DNA from: Alloascoidea hylecoeti
Taxonomy: Eukaryota
Assembly (NCBI GenBank): GCA_001600815.1
Contig: BCKZ01000001.1
Span: forward strand, 1,149,389-1,213,388
Length of the DNA stretch: 64,000 nucleotides
Direction of reading: 5' to 3'
Below the pieces are notes generated by a model. That model saw only the letters and a program-made list of their open reading frames with translations, ran no database searches and was not told the origin of the DNA. A program made the translations under genes and the position numbers. This document shows positions 33,168-45,270 of the stretch, one piece after another (position 1 is the stretch's first letter; each line of letters starts with the position of its first letter).

Positions 33168-35894
33168 ATGCCTCCAAAAAGAAGTGTTAAAAAGTCCAAG
33201 AAGGCTCAGGAGCTCACACCTCCTCCTTCTTCACAGAATGAAAAATTAATTGAAGATCCAGTCTCAATTCCTAAATATGCAAAAGGTTCTTTACGTGAAT
33301 ATTGGATAACAACTCCTCCAAAAGATTTAGCAAGTCGTCGTGATATTCATGGATTGGATAAAGTGTATTTATCCATCATTACAGTCTTGGCTTTTGTAAC
33401 AAGATTTTGGAAAATATGGCATCCTGATAGTGTTGTATTCGATGAAGTTCATTTTGGTGGGTTTGCAAGAAAATATTTAACCGGCAAATTTTTCATGGAT
33501 GTTCATCCTCCATTAGCAAAAATGTTATTTGCTGCTGTGGCTTCAATTGGAGGTTATAATGGCACTTTTGAATTCAAAAATATTGGTGATAATTATACCG
33601 ATGATGGTAATGTCCCTTATATTTTAATGAGATCTTATCCTGCTTTATTAGGTTCTTTAACTGTCCTTCTCTTTTATTTAACTTTAAAAGCTTCAGGTTC
33701 AAGGAGTTTAACTGCTTTTATTGCAAGTTTTGCTTTTGTTTTTGAAAATTCAAATGTCACTATATCTCGTTATATTCTGTTGGATTCTCCTTTAGTATTT
33801 TTCATGGCTTTAACTGTATATTCTTTTAAAAAATTTGAAATCCAAAATCCTTTTACACTTGATTGGTTTCGCTATTTATTATTAACTGGTTTAGGTCTTG
33901 GATTGACTGTCAGCTGTAAATGGGTTGGTTTATTCACAATTGCTTGGGTTGGTGTAATTACAGTTTATCAATTATGGGAATTCCTAGGTGATTTAACAAT
34001 TAATACAATCACATTTTTAAAACATTTATTCTTTAGAGTTGTCTTTTTAATTTTTGTACCAATTGGCTTTTATGTTGCAATGTTTGGTTTCCATTTTGCA
34101 GTCCTAGGTTCTGATGGTGATGGTTCTGCTTTTATGTCTCCAGAATTTAAAAATTCTTTAGATTTTTCAGATATGCCAAAAAATATTTACTCGGATGTTG
34201 GTATAGGTAGTACAATATCAATTAAACATGCCAATACTCATGGTGGTTATTTACATTCTCATGATCATTTATATGAAACTGGTTCAAAACAACAACAAAT
34301 TACCCTATACCCCCACAAGGATTCAAACAATAATTGGATTATTGAAAATAATACTTTTATGAATGATGAAGAATTATTCAGTGCTCCTTTTACTCATTTA
34401 AAACAAGGTACTCAAATTAAATTAAGACATCAATTATCTTTTAGAAGGTTACATTCTCATGATGTTAGGCCTCCTGTAACTGAACAGGATTGGCAAAATG
34501 AAGTTTCTGCTTATGGATTCGAAGGCTTTGAAGGTGATGCAAATGATATCTTTTGGATCGATATTGCTAAAGAATCTTCTGAACCTGGTTTAGCTCAAGA
34601 ACAAGTCGTACCAATTCATACTAAATTCCGTTTAGTTCATTTATTAACTGGTTGTAGATTATTTTCTCATAACGTTAAATTACCATCATGGGCTTTTGAA
34701 CAACAAGAAGTAACTTGTGGAAAACAAACTGTTAAACCTTTAGAATTATGGTATATTGAAGAAAATTATCATCCTCAATTAAATGCAACGTCTCCAAAAG
34801 TTTCTTATAAAGAGTTAGGATTCTGGGCTAAATTTTTTGAATTACATCAAACAATGTGGAATATTAATAAAGGTCTTACTGATCATCATCATTGGGAATC
34901 AAGACCAGAATCCTGGCCTATTATGCTTCGTGGTATAAACTATTGGGTTAGAGATCACACCCAAGTTTATCTTTTAGGTAATGCTATTGTTTGGTACGGT
35001 GCAACTTTGTCAATTGTTCTATTTTCAGTATATAAAGTAATTCAAATTATTTTATGGCAAAGAAATGGATCAATTGGTCCATTTGTTTCCCCCAATGACA
35101 AATTATTAAATAACTTTGATTATCAAGGTATTGAATTTATAGTTGGTTGGGCATTGCATTTTTTCCCATCATTTTTAATGGTTAGACAATTATTTTTACA
35201 TCATTATATTTGTGCTTTATATTTTGGAATTTTATCATTAGCTTTATCATTTGATTTTATAATTTCAAAATTATCTTCTGCAGCAAAACAAAACACTTCA
35301 AAAAAGATTTATGAATTTATTGGTTATGGTTCTCTAATTACTTTTATTTTATTTGCCGTTGGTTTTTTTATTTGGTATTCTCCTTTAATTTATGCTTCAA
35401 AATGGACAAAATCAAGATGTGAAGCATCTCGATTATTAAAAGGTTGGGATTTTGATTGTAATGCTTTCCCAGAAAATATAACTCAATATAAGATATTCGA
35501 AGAAGAAAGTAGGTTAGCTAAACTAAAAGCTCCTGAACCGACAACAGTTACATCTTCAGTAAATGAAGAAATACAATCAGTTGAGACTGTTCTGGTTCAA
35601 GAAGAACCAATTGAGCAAGACCATAAGCAAGAACAAATCATTCAAGTGCAAGAAATTCCTCCAGCAGTTGGAGAAATTAAAGAACCAGAGGTTCCATCTC
35701 CACCACAAGAAACACCAAAAGAAGATAATGAACAGTTAAATAAGCCATCATCCCAAGATGATGTGACTCCTGTAAATGATGATTCTCCTGCTTCTTCTGT
35801 TGAACAGATTGTAATTGAACAGCCAGAAATTCCAAAAAGTAAAGATGTTAAGGAAGATGATGTACAGATCGCTCCTCCTGTTGAATCTGAGTAA
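33168..35894 (+). CDS. PMT1: Dolichyl-phosphate-mannose protein O-mannosyltransferase, PMT1 subfamily
   Basis: VVFDEVHFGGFA, FMDVHPPLAKML, MIR domains (LHSH), RQLFLHHY, acidic C-terminal tail. Confidence 0.9.
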   Translation: MPPKRSVKKSKKAQELTPPPSSQNEKLIEDPVSIPKYAKGSLREYWITTPPKDLASRRDIHGLDKVYLSIITVLAFVTRFWKIWHPDSVVFDEVHFGGFARKYLTGKFFMDVHPPLAKMLFAAVASIGGYNGTFEFKNIGDNYTDDGNVPYILMRSYPALLGSLTVLLFYLTLKASGSRSLTAFIASFAFVFENSNVTISRYILLDSPLVFFMALTVYSFKKFEIQNPFTLDWFRYLLLTGLGLGLTVSCKWVGLFTIAWVGVITVYQLWEFLGDLTINTITFLKHLFFRVVFLIFVPIGFYVAMFGFHFAVLGSDGDGSAFMSPEFKNSLDFSDMPKNIYSDVGIGSTISIKHANTHGGYLHSHDHLYETGSKQQQITLYPHKDSNNNWIIENNTFMNDEELFSAPFTHLKQGTQIKLRHQLSFRRLHSHDVRPPVTEQDWQNEVSAYGFEGFEGDANDIFWIDIAKESSEPGLAQEQVVPIHTKFRLVHLLTGCRLFSHNVKLPSWAFEQQEVTCGKQTVKPLELWYIEENYHPQLNATSPKVSYKELGFWAKFFELHQTMWNINKGLTDHHHWESRPESWPIMLRGINYWVRDHTQVYLLGNAIVWYGATLSIVLFSVYKVIQIILWQRNGSIGPFVSPNDKLLNNFDYQGIEFIVGWALHFFPSFLMVRQLFLHHYICALYFGILSLALSFDFIISKLSSAAKQNTSKKIYEFIGYGSLITFILFAVGFFIWYSPLIYASKWTKSRCEASRLLKGWDFDCNAFPENITQYKIFEEESRLAKLKAPEPTTVTSSVNEEIQSVETVLVQEEPIEQDHKQEQIIQVQEIPPAVGEIKEPEVPSPPQETPKEDNEQLNKPSSQDDVTPVNDDSPASSVEQIVIEQPEIPKSKDVKEDDVQIAPPVESE

Positions 35895-38663
35895 TTCAAT
35901 TTTTTTTATAAAGAAAGAATTTCGGTAAATTATTATGTTATTAATTAGTTCTATATTACTATTTAGTTAGAATTGTTATTATGAATTGATAGTATTTGAT
36001 ACACATCGGTACAAGTAATACTGTTTATGTTTATTGAAGATATTATGTTTATTATATTTTATTGTTAGTATATACATAACAAGGAATCAAAAATATTGTA
36101 TATAAATAAGCTTAAGGGCTAATCTGGGGCTAGCACATATGTAGTTGCATTGAGGTGTAGGATGTAACCGGAAGATATCTTGATATTCAAGCCTATTTCC
36201 GAAGATTTTGATCATTTGGCGTGACATCAAACGGCTACATCATCAGATAGAGCTACATATGAAATTTCTACTGAGTAATAAAAGATGAGGGCTGGATACA
36301 TAAACGGAAACATCACCAATTCTTAATTATAGCAACGACTGAATAGACAGGAAAGAAGCTACCTACAATTCAAAATTAATTATCTACAATACAGTAGAAG
36401 TCGTACAAAATAGCGGGGGATTGGTCGCCGAAATTTGGACCGACGGACGCATTAGCCATAGTTAAAACAGAAAGTGCAAAAATTTTGGAATAACCCTACA
36501 ACTTTTACTGTATTCTATTATCTCTATCATCTTTATTATTCTATAATCCTTTATCTTCTACTAAATGTGGAACCTAATAAATCCTCCAATGTATCCCAAT
36601 TTACTATAGGAAGATAAATTGCTACATATCTAGCCTGACCGAAGATACACTACTCCGCATCTGGCACAATATTTAGGTTAACCGCTGAATGTAACATATG
36701 ACGTTGTACCAGTATTTTGGTTAGATATCATAAAGCGTGGCGTTACCATGGCCATGTTAAAGTGTCTGTATTTTGCTGTTACACCCAAAAGCAAATTGTT
36801 GACCTACTTGATGGACATAGAGGGCCGAATATTTAATGCAAGGTGGTGGAACTTGAGTGACAACTGGTCGAATTATTAATTTAAATTGTGGCCGAATATA
36901 TAGGTCAACAAGTGGTCGATATTAGCGCAAAGTACCTACCGTGATTATAATGTTCTGAAGGGACCGAATATCTTAAAATATCACTAGATTATTATAATTT
37001 TTCCTTAGATGTTCGTTCACTAAAGGCGTATTGCACCTATTGGCTCATTGAAACTCAATGAAATTGCTAAATGCGGGGGTTGATAAGTATAACTCACCAA
37101 ATTATTTTACATATCACTACAGCCAAAAATAAAATCACTAAATAAATTTCAAATAATATTTTAATTGATTTCCAAAAAATTAACTTAAGTATTTGCTGCA
37201 TCTTATTAGCTAGCGTTATAATCTTTATTATAGGCTATTAATTAATATTAATACTTCTTCTTCATTTGGTTTAATTGCAATTGCAAGTAGTATTTCCAAA
37301 TCTAAATTTTCATAATAACCTTTTTTCCCTTCCACACTAGTTGCAGAGTTGGATTTTTGACATGATTCACCCTGATCAGGTTAACACAAACTGGGGAAAT
37401 TCAACAAAATATCCTCTGTCTTATAGATAAATGTAACGTTTTCCTTCCTGTATTTGCGATCCTGTGAAAACTAAAATAATCATTAAGCATATTTTATTTT
37501 ATTGCTATGTAGGGTCTTTTAGATTTAGTATTAATAATATTGATGAAGCCGCATTATTTTTAACTACTAAAGTCTGTTTTAAGTCAAATAAAGGTTTTCC
37601 AGATGTCCATAATACCTCCTATGATCTTGAAGATGATTTTTATAGATCTCGAAGAAATGTATGTCTTTCCGACTAACGCTTAGGCCAGTCTAATGGATAT
37701 GATCAATAGTAATGAGATTGAGATTGGGCGTTCCAATCATGTTCAATTTTCACTCTCCTGATGTGAGCGGCTCATTATTTTGCAAAGCCTTTCATTCCAT
37801 ATATGAGTTCATATGTGAACGATTATCAGGTTCACGTCAGCAAATACATATACATCGCATTTAATTGTATTAGTTCTTGAAATTGTTTCATAACTTGGTA
37901 TACGATGTTAGTTAACATCGTTATAAGCACTAGTACTACAATTGCTTCTCTAGGTAATTTCAAAGGAGTGGGTAATTGGCTTTGATTCTTTTTAGTATTT
38001 TCTTAACTTCAATACTACAGGTAAGTGTTAATAAAATGATTCTTTTTAAACTAATTCATACACATTGAGGACACATTTGATTAAGCTTAACATAAGTACT
38101 TTGGTATACTATTAGCTATCTTACACCATTAATTGATATTAAAAAAAATTATTTTTTGTATTTTAAGAATGTTTAATTATATGTATGAACAAAAACTTCA
38201 AGAAATTAAAAAACAATAAATATAAAATAATCAGTTATAAAAAGCAATTAACAAATTAATATATATTGTAATTTGTAATTAAAAGATAATCAAACACAAG
38301 ATGTCTGTATATATTTATTATAACATATTTGCTTTGATATCGATAACAATGTGAATAAGCGAGGGTATGAGACATAAGACAAGATCAATATAAAAATATA
38401 ATTCAAAAGCAAAGCTTTGCCATATTTTGCAAGCTTGAGGTTATAATCAGTTATAACAAAAACATTTTTATATATATAGTAATTCAAATGTGTAAATATA
38501 ACAATATTTATATAGCTTTTTCAATTTAAAGTTAATGCGAGAGTAATTAAAATAAATAATAATGTTAATAATAATCCACCAAAATACCAACAAAAATCAA
38601 ATTAATGAAAACAAAAATAAACTTAAATAAATAAAGTCAAAACAAAAATATTATTAAGCTTTT

Positions 38664-41567
38664 TTAAAAAGTAAAGAGACCAGTTCTCTTTTTACCAAAC
38701 GGATAAATACACATAGCTGCAGAAAACAAGCCAACAGAAATTCCGATGCTAACTTCAACCATCGTGACACCAAATGAAGCAGAAGAGCTAGATACACTTG
38801 ATGTTGTTGTTGTTGTTGAATTACCACTGACAATGTCATCAGCTGTTTGAATACCCGAAAGCAATGTTCCTTGGGAAGCAACACCTCCTGGAACTTGAAC
38901 CATGATACCTGGCATCATTGCAACAACAGCTAGACCATTTCCAATACGTGAATATGCGTTTCCTAATATACCAATACAAAAACATCCTAAAGCTGAAGTA
39001 AATTCTGAATTAGATGTGAAATGTTTACCTGAGAAATAATTAACCGCATAACCTGCACTAGAAATGGCAACCATAACAGGCAATTGAGACAATCTAGCTT
39101 GATTAATAAGAGATATAACAATGGTATAGCAGGGTAAAAAGAGAAATTTAAACCAAGGATTAACTTGTTTTGAACAGGAAGTTTCAGATGTGGCATTATG
39201 ATCAATCCAGCCATATAACATTGCTCCTAGAGTAATACCAAATCCTAAAAATAATGAATAAATAATAGCATAAAACATTCTAACAGATCCAGCGACTATA
39301 TTTCTTGATTGTAGTTCTAATGAACCACATAGAATCATAAAACCAGGTAAGATTGTTGCAATAGAACCTTGGACTATACCAGAAAAGCAGAACATATCCT
39401 GATTCTCACCAATGGACCCAATTGCTCTTCCAACGAAACTTACTAAAATAGTAGCAGAAACCTCAAAAACATTTGCATAAAGACTTGATTTGGGTGCAAT
39501 AATTAAACGTAACCAAGCAATGATTAAACCAAGACCAAAACAAATTGGCATATCCATCCAACCAGCTTTAAAGGCCATTGGCCCAATGATAGCTGATGCA
39601 AGACCTGAAAGGAAAACACAAGCCCATGGAGGATAACGAGGTCTTCTTGATAAAATTTCATCAATCTCAGCAGCGGCTTCTTCAACACCTTTTTTATCAT
39701 GGACAACTTCTTTGTAAATTCTATGTACATCGTGCAATTTACTTAAATTAACACCTTGATCGCATCTAACCAAATGCATTTCAGATGTTCTTGTAGAAGC
39801 ATCACCAAATGAAACAATCATACAGCCAGGCATGTAAAGAAATTGTCCATCAATTTCTAAAACTCTAGCAGTCATTTTCATGTATTCTTCCAGACGATGG
39901 GTTGGAGCACCATATAACATTAATGCTCTACACATCCTGAGGATGAATCGTTGTCTTTGAAGAACATGTGCAATGTGAACAGTAATCTTTGCTTCACGTT
40001 CTTTCCTTTTTTTTTGACTTTTTGTTAAAGCTGGTTTAAAGGGCATCTCAGATTTACTATTTCTATCACCTGGTGCTGATACAACATTAGTTGTTGAAAA
40101 TATTAAACCAGCAATTGTTGATTCTGAATTAATATTATTCATACTGGTTTTCTTCCTATGCATTGATAATCCTAATTTACTTCTTTTTGAAGTTTTTTCA
40201 GAATCTTCATTTTTCTTTTCAAGCTTTTCATCAACTTCAGTAAGATCAATTGAACTTGCATTTGGAGAAAAATCATCATGATCAGGTGTGACATCTCCTG
40301 AATAAGCAGTATCAGATGTATAAGATGATAGTAAGGTGCCAGAGCTTTGAGTTGCATTGGGGTTTTGATATAATTGTAATAAACTACTCAAGACACCAGC
40401 TTTAACATGAGATGGGGGAGGAATATATTCATCACTATTTTTAGAATCACCATCAACAAGATTTCCATCAATTAAAGCATCTCTATCTTCATAAACTTGA
40501 CAATCATCTCTGAGATAAAGATCAGGATTGGGAACATTAAGTGAAGATGAACTATCACTAGTTAGATGGTCCGTATCCATAGGTTTTCTACTCTTCTTCT
40601 TTGGAAGTTGTGATTGAACTAACATTTGGGCTTGTTCTTGAACTACTTGTTCTGGATTTCTTCCACTGATAGTTGTTGCTCTAGTTTTTAGAATAGGATT
40701 TGGATGTGCATCACCAGCTTTGCTTAAGAGTGCCATTGTAGAAGTTCTCAAGTTCTTTTTAATACTTGACTCTAACCCTTTTTCTTCGCTATTTTTCAAC
40801 TTGGCATTTAATTTATCATTCTTACGTAAAATTCCTCTTAATGTGCCGACTCGTTTTAAACGATCTGAAAATCGACTATTTAAAGAATGCATATCTATAT
40901 TTGCAGAACTGTTATCATTATTAATGCTTTTTTTACTGATTGAAAATTTATGACTTGAACCGTGAAATGGAATTGGCGTTGTTGGCTTTAAGGTGTCATC
41001 TTCAATTTCATTTCTATTAATTGTTGAACTTGAATCACTAACTTTAGTGAAAAAAGCGGTCTTTGAATCCTTTTCAGCCAGACTATGCAAAGCTTCTTCA
41101 TCATCTATTTTTGTTTCAGCTGAATCGTAGGTTGCACCGGGTATTAGACCACCCATTGTCAAACTACCCATACTCATGAGGTTTCCAACCATTGAGTCAT
41201 TATCAGCATGTATTTCTGGATAATGAACATTGTGTAAGCTACCTTCATTTATTTGGGCTTGTTCCTCTAAGTCTGGTGGTAAATCAGAACCAAAAGTAAC
41301 TTTACGCTTCCCATGACCAGATCTTTTAGAAGATGAAGTGGATTCAGGTGAAGTATGTGCTCTATTTGGTAATTGCATTGGTGAATGAGTTCTAACCGGA
41401 GTCACAAATTCAATTGGTTCTTCAGAAAAGGTAGTAGAAAGTCTGAGACTAACATTTGGTAAATTATGATTATTTCTAGAAGCTGGAGAGGGTTCAGGTT
41501 CATTTGTAGTATTAACTGCAAATGAAGGGAGTGAGTCCTCATTATCCTTTGAAGTTTTACCAGACAT
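38664..41567 (-). CDS. PRM10: Pheromone-regulated membrane protein Prm10 (ThrE/DUF1212 family)
   Basis: GVLSSLLQLY, ITVHIA..LQRQRFI, ALMLYGAPTHRLEEYM, LELQSRNIVAGSVRMFYA, YPFGKKRTGLFTF. Confidence 0.9.
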   Translation of the reverse strand: MSGKTSKDNEDSLPSFAVNTTNEPEPSPASRNNHNLPNVSLRLSTTFSEEPIEFVTPVRTHSPMQLPNRAHTSPESTSSSKRSGHGKRKVTFGSDLPPDLEEQAQINEGSLHNVHYPEIHADNDSMVGNLMSMGSLTMGGLIPGATYDSAETKIDDEEALHSLAEKDSKTAFFTKVSDSSSTINRNEIEDDTLKPTTPIPFHGSSHKFSISKKSINNDNSSANIDMHSLNSRFSDRLKRVGTLRGILRKNDKLNAKLKNSEEKGLESSIKKNLRTSTMALLSKAGDAHPNPILKTRATTISGRNPEQVVQEQAQMLVQSQLPKKKSRKPMDTDHLTSDSSSSLNVPNPDLYLRDDCQVYEDRDALIDGNLVDGDSKNSDEYIPPPSHVKAGVLSSLLQLYQNPNATQSSGTLLSSYTSDTAYSGDVTPDHDDFSPNASSIDLTEVDEKLEKKNEDSEKTSKRSKLGLSMHRKKTSMNNINSESTIAGLIFSTTNVVSAPGDRNSKSEMPFKPALTKSQKKRKEREAKITVHIAHVLQRQRFILRMCRALMLYGAPTHRLEEYMKMTARVLEIDGQFLYMPGCMIVSFGDASTRTSEMHLVRCDQGVNLSKLHDVHRIYKEVVHDKKGVEEAAAEIDEILSRRPRYPPWACVFLSGLASAIIGPMAFKAGWMDMPICFGLGLIIAWLRLIIAPKSSLYANVFEVSATILVSFVGRAIGSIGENQDMFCFSGIVQGSIATILPGFMILCGSLELQSRNIVAGSVRMFYAIIYSLFLGFGITLGAMLYGWIDHNATSETSCSKQVNPWFKFLFLPCYTIVISLINQARLSQLPVMVAISSAGYAVNYFSGKHFTSNSEFTSALGCFCIGILGNAYSRIGNGLAVVAMMPGIMVQVPGGVASQGTLLSGIQTADDIVSGNSTTTTTSSVSSSSASFGVTMVEVSIGISVGLFSAAMCIYPFGKKRTGLFTF

Positions 41568-43587
41568 TTTGGTGGATTATATTATATATGAAAAAAAAAA
41601 GATAGCTTAAGGCAATTGCAATAATACAGATTAATTAGAACCAGGACGAAAAAAAAGTCCTCTTAAGCAATGAATGAAATAGGGGTAGAAGTAAAAGAGA
41701 GTGATAGCTACCTGGGTTTCCATGAAGGAGACGATTATCTTCTACTTAAATATAATCAATAAGTGTGAAACAAATAGAATCTAGGATGTCCTCATTTCTA
41801 TTTAAGGTGATGATGGCATAAGGCGCCGGTAATTATAATTATAAACCAGGCATATGTTTGTTTTAGAACCGGCCAGAATCATGAAATAACCTTGGAGTTG
41901 CAGATTTGGTGCAGTAAAAATGGTGAAATTTCGAAAGAAATAAAAGGTTTGATAAATTTTTGTTTTACTTTATTCTGCTTCTGCAACTCTGGAGTTGAAA
42001 AATCATGGTGTGTTCAAATATACAGTAGACGCGTACATAACAAAGTTCGTACCCCAACATGTACGGATAGATGAGTTGGTTGCAATTGTAGGACAGCTTC
42101 TCAAACAAAACTCAATTATTAATACTTGTATTCATAGTGCTAGTTGTAGTAGTAGCCAAATGTATTAGTAGTTTTAAATGTTGTATAGTCTACTAGCACT
42201 GAACCTTTGACTCATTATTTATTATGATAATTCCATCATCTGTAACAGCATTGCAAAATAGACCCTGAGCCTGCAATACCAATATTATTATAAATATTAC
42301 GAGAGGATCCTGCATAACTAGTTAAATTCTATCATGTGACATGCCTGCAGATAGATATTTATATCTATCGGGTTAATTATGAAAGGAACACCAAATAATG
42401 CGATGATTTTACTTCACCAAAAGACGACTATGATTCATGACATGACAGTTAAAAAGGCAATCGATATCATTTTAACAATCTCAGCCACAGCCCTCAGGCC
42501 AAATCCTGGCTCTTATTACATAAACTTAATTTTACTTATGCTTACATAATCTAAAAAAACTGTTCAGGTTGTCATGCACGTGGGTCATAGATACCCGGCC
42601 GTTAGTGCCTATAAATAGTATTTTTCAATATTAAAACCGCTATATCCTTAACCTTCTGAGAAATTAAGCAGTGTGAATATAGATTAACAGTTTGTATTCT
42701 TGAAAACTGAGGTCGAGGTTTTATATGTAAGATCCATAATGGTAAGCTAAAAATAATTTAAAGAAACTAAATATTTATAATATAAGGACCTTCCTTTAAA
42801 TTTGACTGAGCTTACTGCCGTTTGTCTCCGCATTTCTCAGGGGCTTTCCAAAACATTCGAAGATATTACAATATTAGCTGCAACTGCAATTAGTTGACCG
42901 ATTGAAATTATAATGAGCAACAACTCATCACAACGTCACATCAATTTGTGTCACTTTCTGCTTATAAAGAGACTTAAGCAGGTGAGAATTATAAAGTTTA
43001 TAATCTCCATGACACGATCTATTGGTTATTTGTTTAAAATACCTATTAATTATATAAGCATAAAACTATGTTCCTTAAATGTAATTAAAGCACCTGTGTG
43101 AAATATCCTTAAAGGTTTATAAATGAATAGTTACTAGCTAGTAACATCCTAAATTATAATGGTTTATAAATGAATCCTAGCTATATAAATTGCTGTGATA
43201 TCTGAAATATCAATTTGGACAATGAGTAGAATAAACAATTTTTTTTAATTCTAGTTAGTTGTAGCTCTAGACTATAGTGCTATAGAAATAATGAGTTTTT
43301 AGTAATGAGTAAATACATTATTTTATTTCAGGTCAGATATAACACCTCCTTGGATCAGATGTTGATCCAAGTAATACAAACAAAAGGTTTGTAAGTGAGG
43401 TTCATAAAATTAAGCTATTTCCTCATTATAATCAAACTTTTTTTCAAGTTAATTATAGTTCCTGTATGACAAATTAATGCAATTAGAATTTTCTAATAAT
43501 AATATTAGTAGCAAGGAATTTAAATTAATTATTTATATCTCATTTATTTATTAATATTAGAAGGTTACCGAATATTAATATTTCGTT

Positions 43588-43618
43588 TACTACGTGGCCT
43601 AAATTAAGTGGAATGACT
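43588..43618 (+). repeat. Dispersed ~30-bp element, putative pogo-type TIR, copy 1
   Basis: TA-CTACGTGGCCTAAATTAAGTGGAATGACT; 23/24 identical to 46089-46112 and 23/29 to the reverse complement of 62704-62732. Confidence 0.6.
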
Positions 43619-43674
43619 GAAGATATCAATCGCAAATTCTCTAGATCTCATCATGATCGCCTTCCAATAAGGCT

Positions 43675-43695
43675 TATATATATATATATATATAT
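43675..43695. repeat. (TA)n microsatellite
   Basis: About 10 TA units. Confidence 0.9.
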
Positions 43696-44331
43696 CACCT
43701 CAGCTATAGCGCTAACCTTATGGGTAAAATAACTGCTTATATAAATATGAGATGTTAAACTTTAACTACTTAAGTTACTATGTTCGGATCAAGTGTGGAT
43801 ATACGGTATTACGTACTACATAGGTATAATATACCTGTACTAACTGTACTAACTGTAATCATAATAACTATTATTATTATAAAAAAAAGTTCAATATGCT
43901 ATCCATTAGCAATAGATTGCATTATTGATCATGAACATATAAGATAAATTTAAAACAATAAATAAGCATTGCATATAATATTGAGGTCAGATAAAATTTA
44001 AAAAGGAAAACAAACATAACAACAACAACTGAAATATAAAATAGATGTACTAGCTAGCTTAAATTGAATAAATGGATAAAAACAGAAGATGTAATATTGA
44101 TGGATATAAGATAGTTATATATTTGAGTTGATATGACTACAAATAGAAAAAAATGGAACAAAAAAGAAACGCAAAAAAGAAGGAATAATGGAATCCGAAA
44201 CAAACAAATAATATCTAAGACAGAACCGTACTAGGAAATTTAAAAATTATACCAAATGAGTAATGAATTGCAATTATCTCAGAAAATAATCAAAATTTGA
44301 TATATGACATTATTTTATCTTTAACTTTTAA

Positions 44332-45270
44332 TCATCTTTTAAGTGAAGCAAAATTAATTCTTTTAATTGATCCCTTATTTTCCAAAAATGATTGCCTTTC
44401 TTTACCCTTTAAAGTTTTCAGTTTGTCATTTTCAGAAATTAATTCTTCAATTGGAGGTGGACCAATAGGTTGACGAATTGGTTTTAATAAGTTAGGACCT
44501 TCAGATTTATTGAAAAATCTTGGAGTATTTCTAACATGAGATCCATTGTTATTACTATAGCTGTTATTTGTATTGGATCTTGGATAAAGTTCTGATTCAA
44601 TAACTGACATGCTTGCGCTTTGTTTTGTATGGCCGCGCCTAAATGATGAAGAACCAGGCATTTGACGATTTAAATTATTTCTAGAGTTATATCCAGTACC
44701 ATCTCTATTATTTTGATTTCTTGATCGGCCCCTATAAGGAGAATTCAATGAGGATGAAGAATTTAAGTCACTTGTTGAAAATCTACTAAATTCATTGTTT
44801 AGATTTTCAATAGAACGCTCCGAAGATAGCGGTGATTGATTTTGTGGTTGATAATTATAAGCATTATTTAAAGCAGCTTGAATTTCCTGTTGCTGTTGTG
44901 CAATTAATAATGTAGCTTGCATTAAGGAATTTTTTTTAGTTTGAATATCAACATAAATTCTAAGCTCTTCTTCTGATAGATTGTCAACATTAATATTTTC
45001 AAATGAATTCGAATTTTCTTCAAATGAGTCTTCTTGTGACCCATAAGGATTATAACTTGATGTTGAGCTTCTTAAGTTATTATTATAACTAATAGCATCA
45101 TTTGGATTTTCATATAGTGAATAATTATAAGGAGTTTGCGGATTTTGTGGTTGAGTCTGCTGATTCTGTTGTCGTTGTCGACGTTGTCTGCGATCTGTGG
45201 CTGATCTTAACTCTGCGACGATCGCTGCTCTTGATCTTGATGCTCCGTTTGTAGGTTGATTATTAGACAT
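44332..45270 (-). CDS. Uncharacterised N/Q/S-rich fungal protein
   Basis: About 312-codon ORF from ATG 45270; C-terminal PIRQPIGPPPIEEL...NFAS motif resembles an uncharacterised fungal family. Confidence 0.7.
   Translation of the reverse strand: MSNNQPTNGASRSRAAIVAELRSATDRRQRRQRQQNQQTQPQNPQTPYNYSLYENPNDAISYNNNLRSSTSSYNPYGSQEDSFEENSNSFENINVDNLSEEELRIYVDIQTKKNSLMQATLLIAQQQQEIQAALNNAYNYQPQNQSPLSSERSIENLNNEFSRFSTSDLNSSSSLNSPYRGRSRNQNNRDGTGYNSRNNLNRQMPGSSSFRRGHTKQSASMSVIESELYPRSNTNNSYSNNNGSHVRNTPRFFNKSEGPNLLKPIRQPIGPPPIEELISENDKLKTLKGKERQSFLENKGSIKRINFASLKR

Noticed and set aside
33776..33790. Alternative yeast nuclear code (CUG as Ser or Ala)
   Set aside because: CTG occupies conserved Leu positions in Pmt1 (YILLDS), Ltp1 (CLGNICRS) and the Sla1 SH3 (VLYAY)
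43781..43810. GATCAAGTGT resembling U2 snRNA
   Set aside because: Only ~10 nt match; the branch-pairing GTAGTA and flanking U2 sequence are absent
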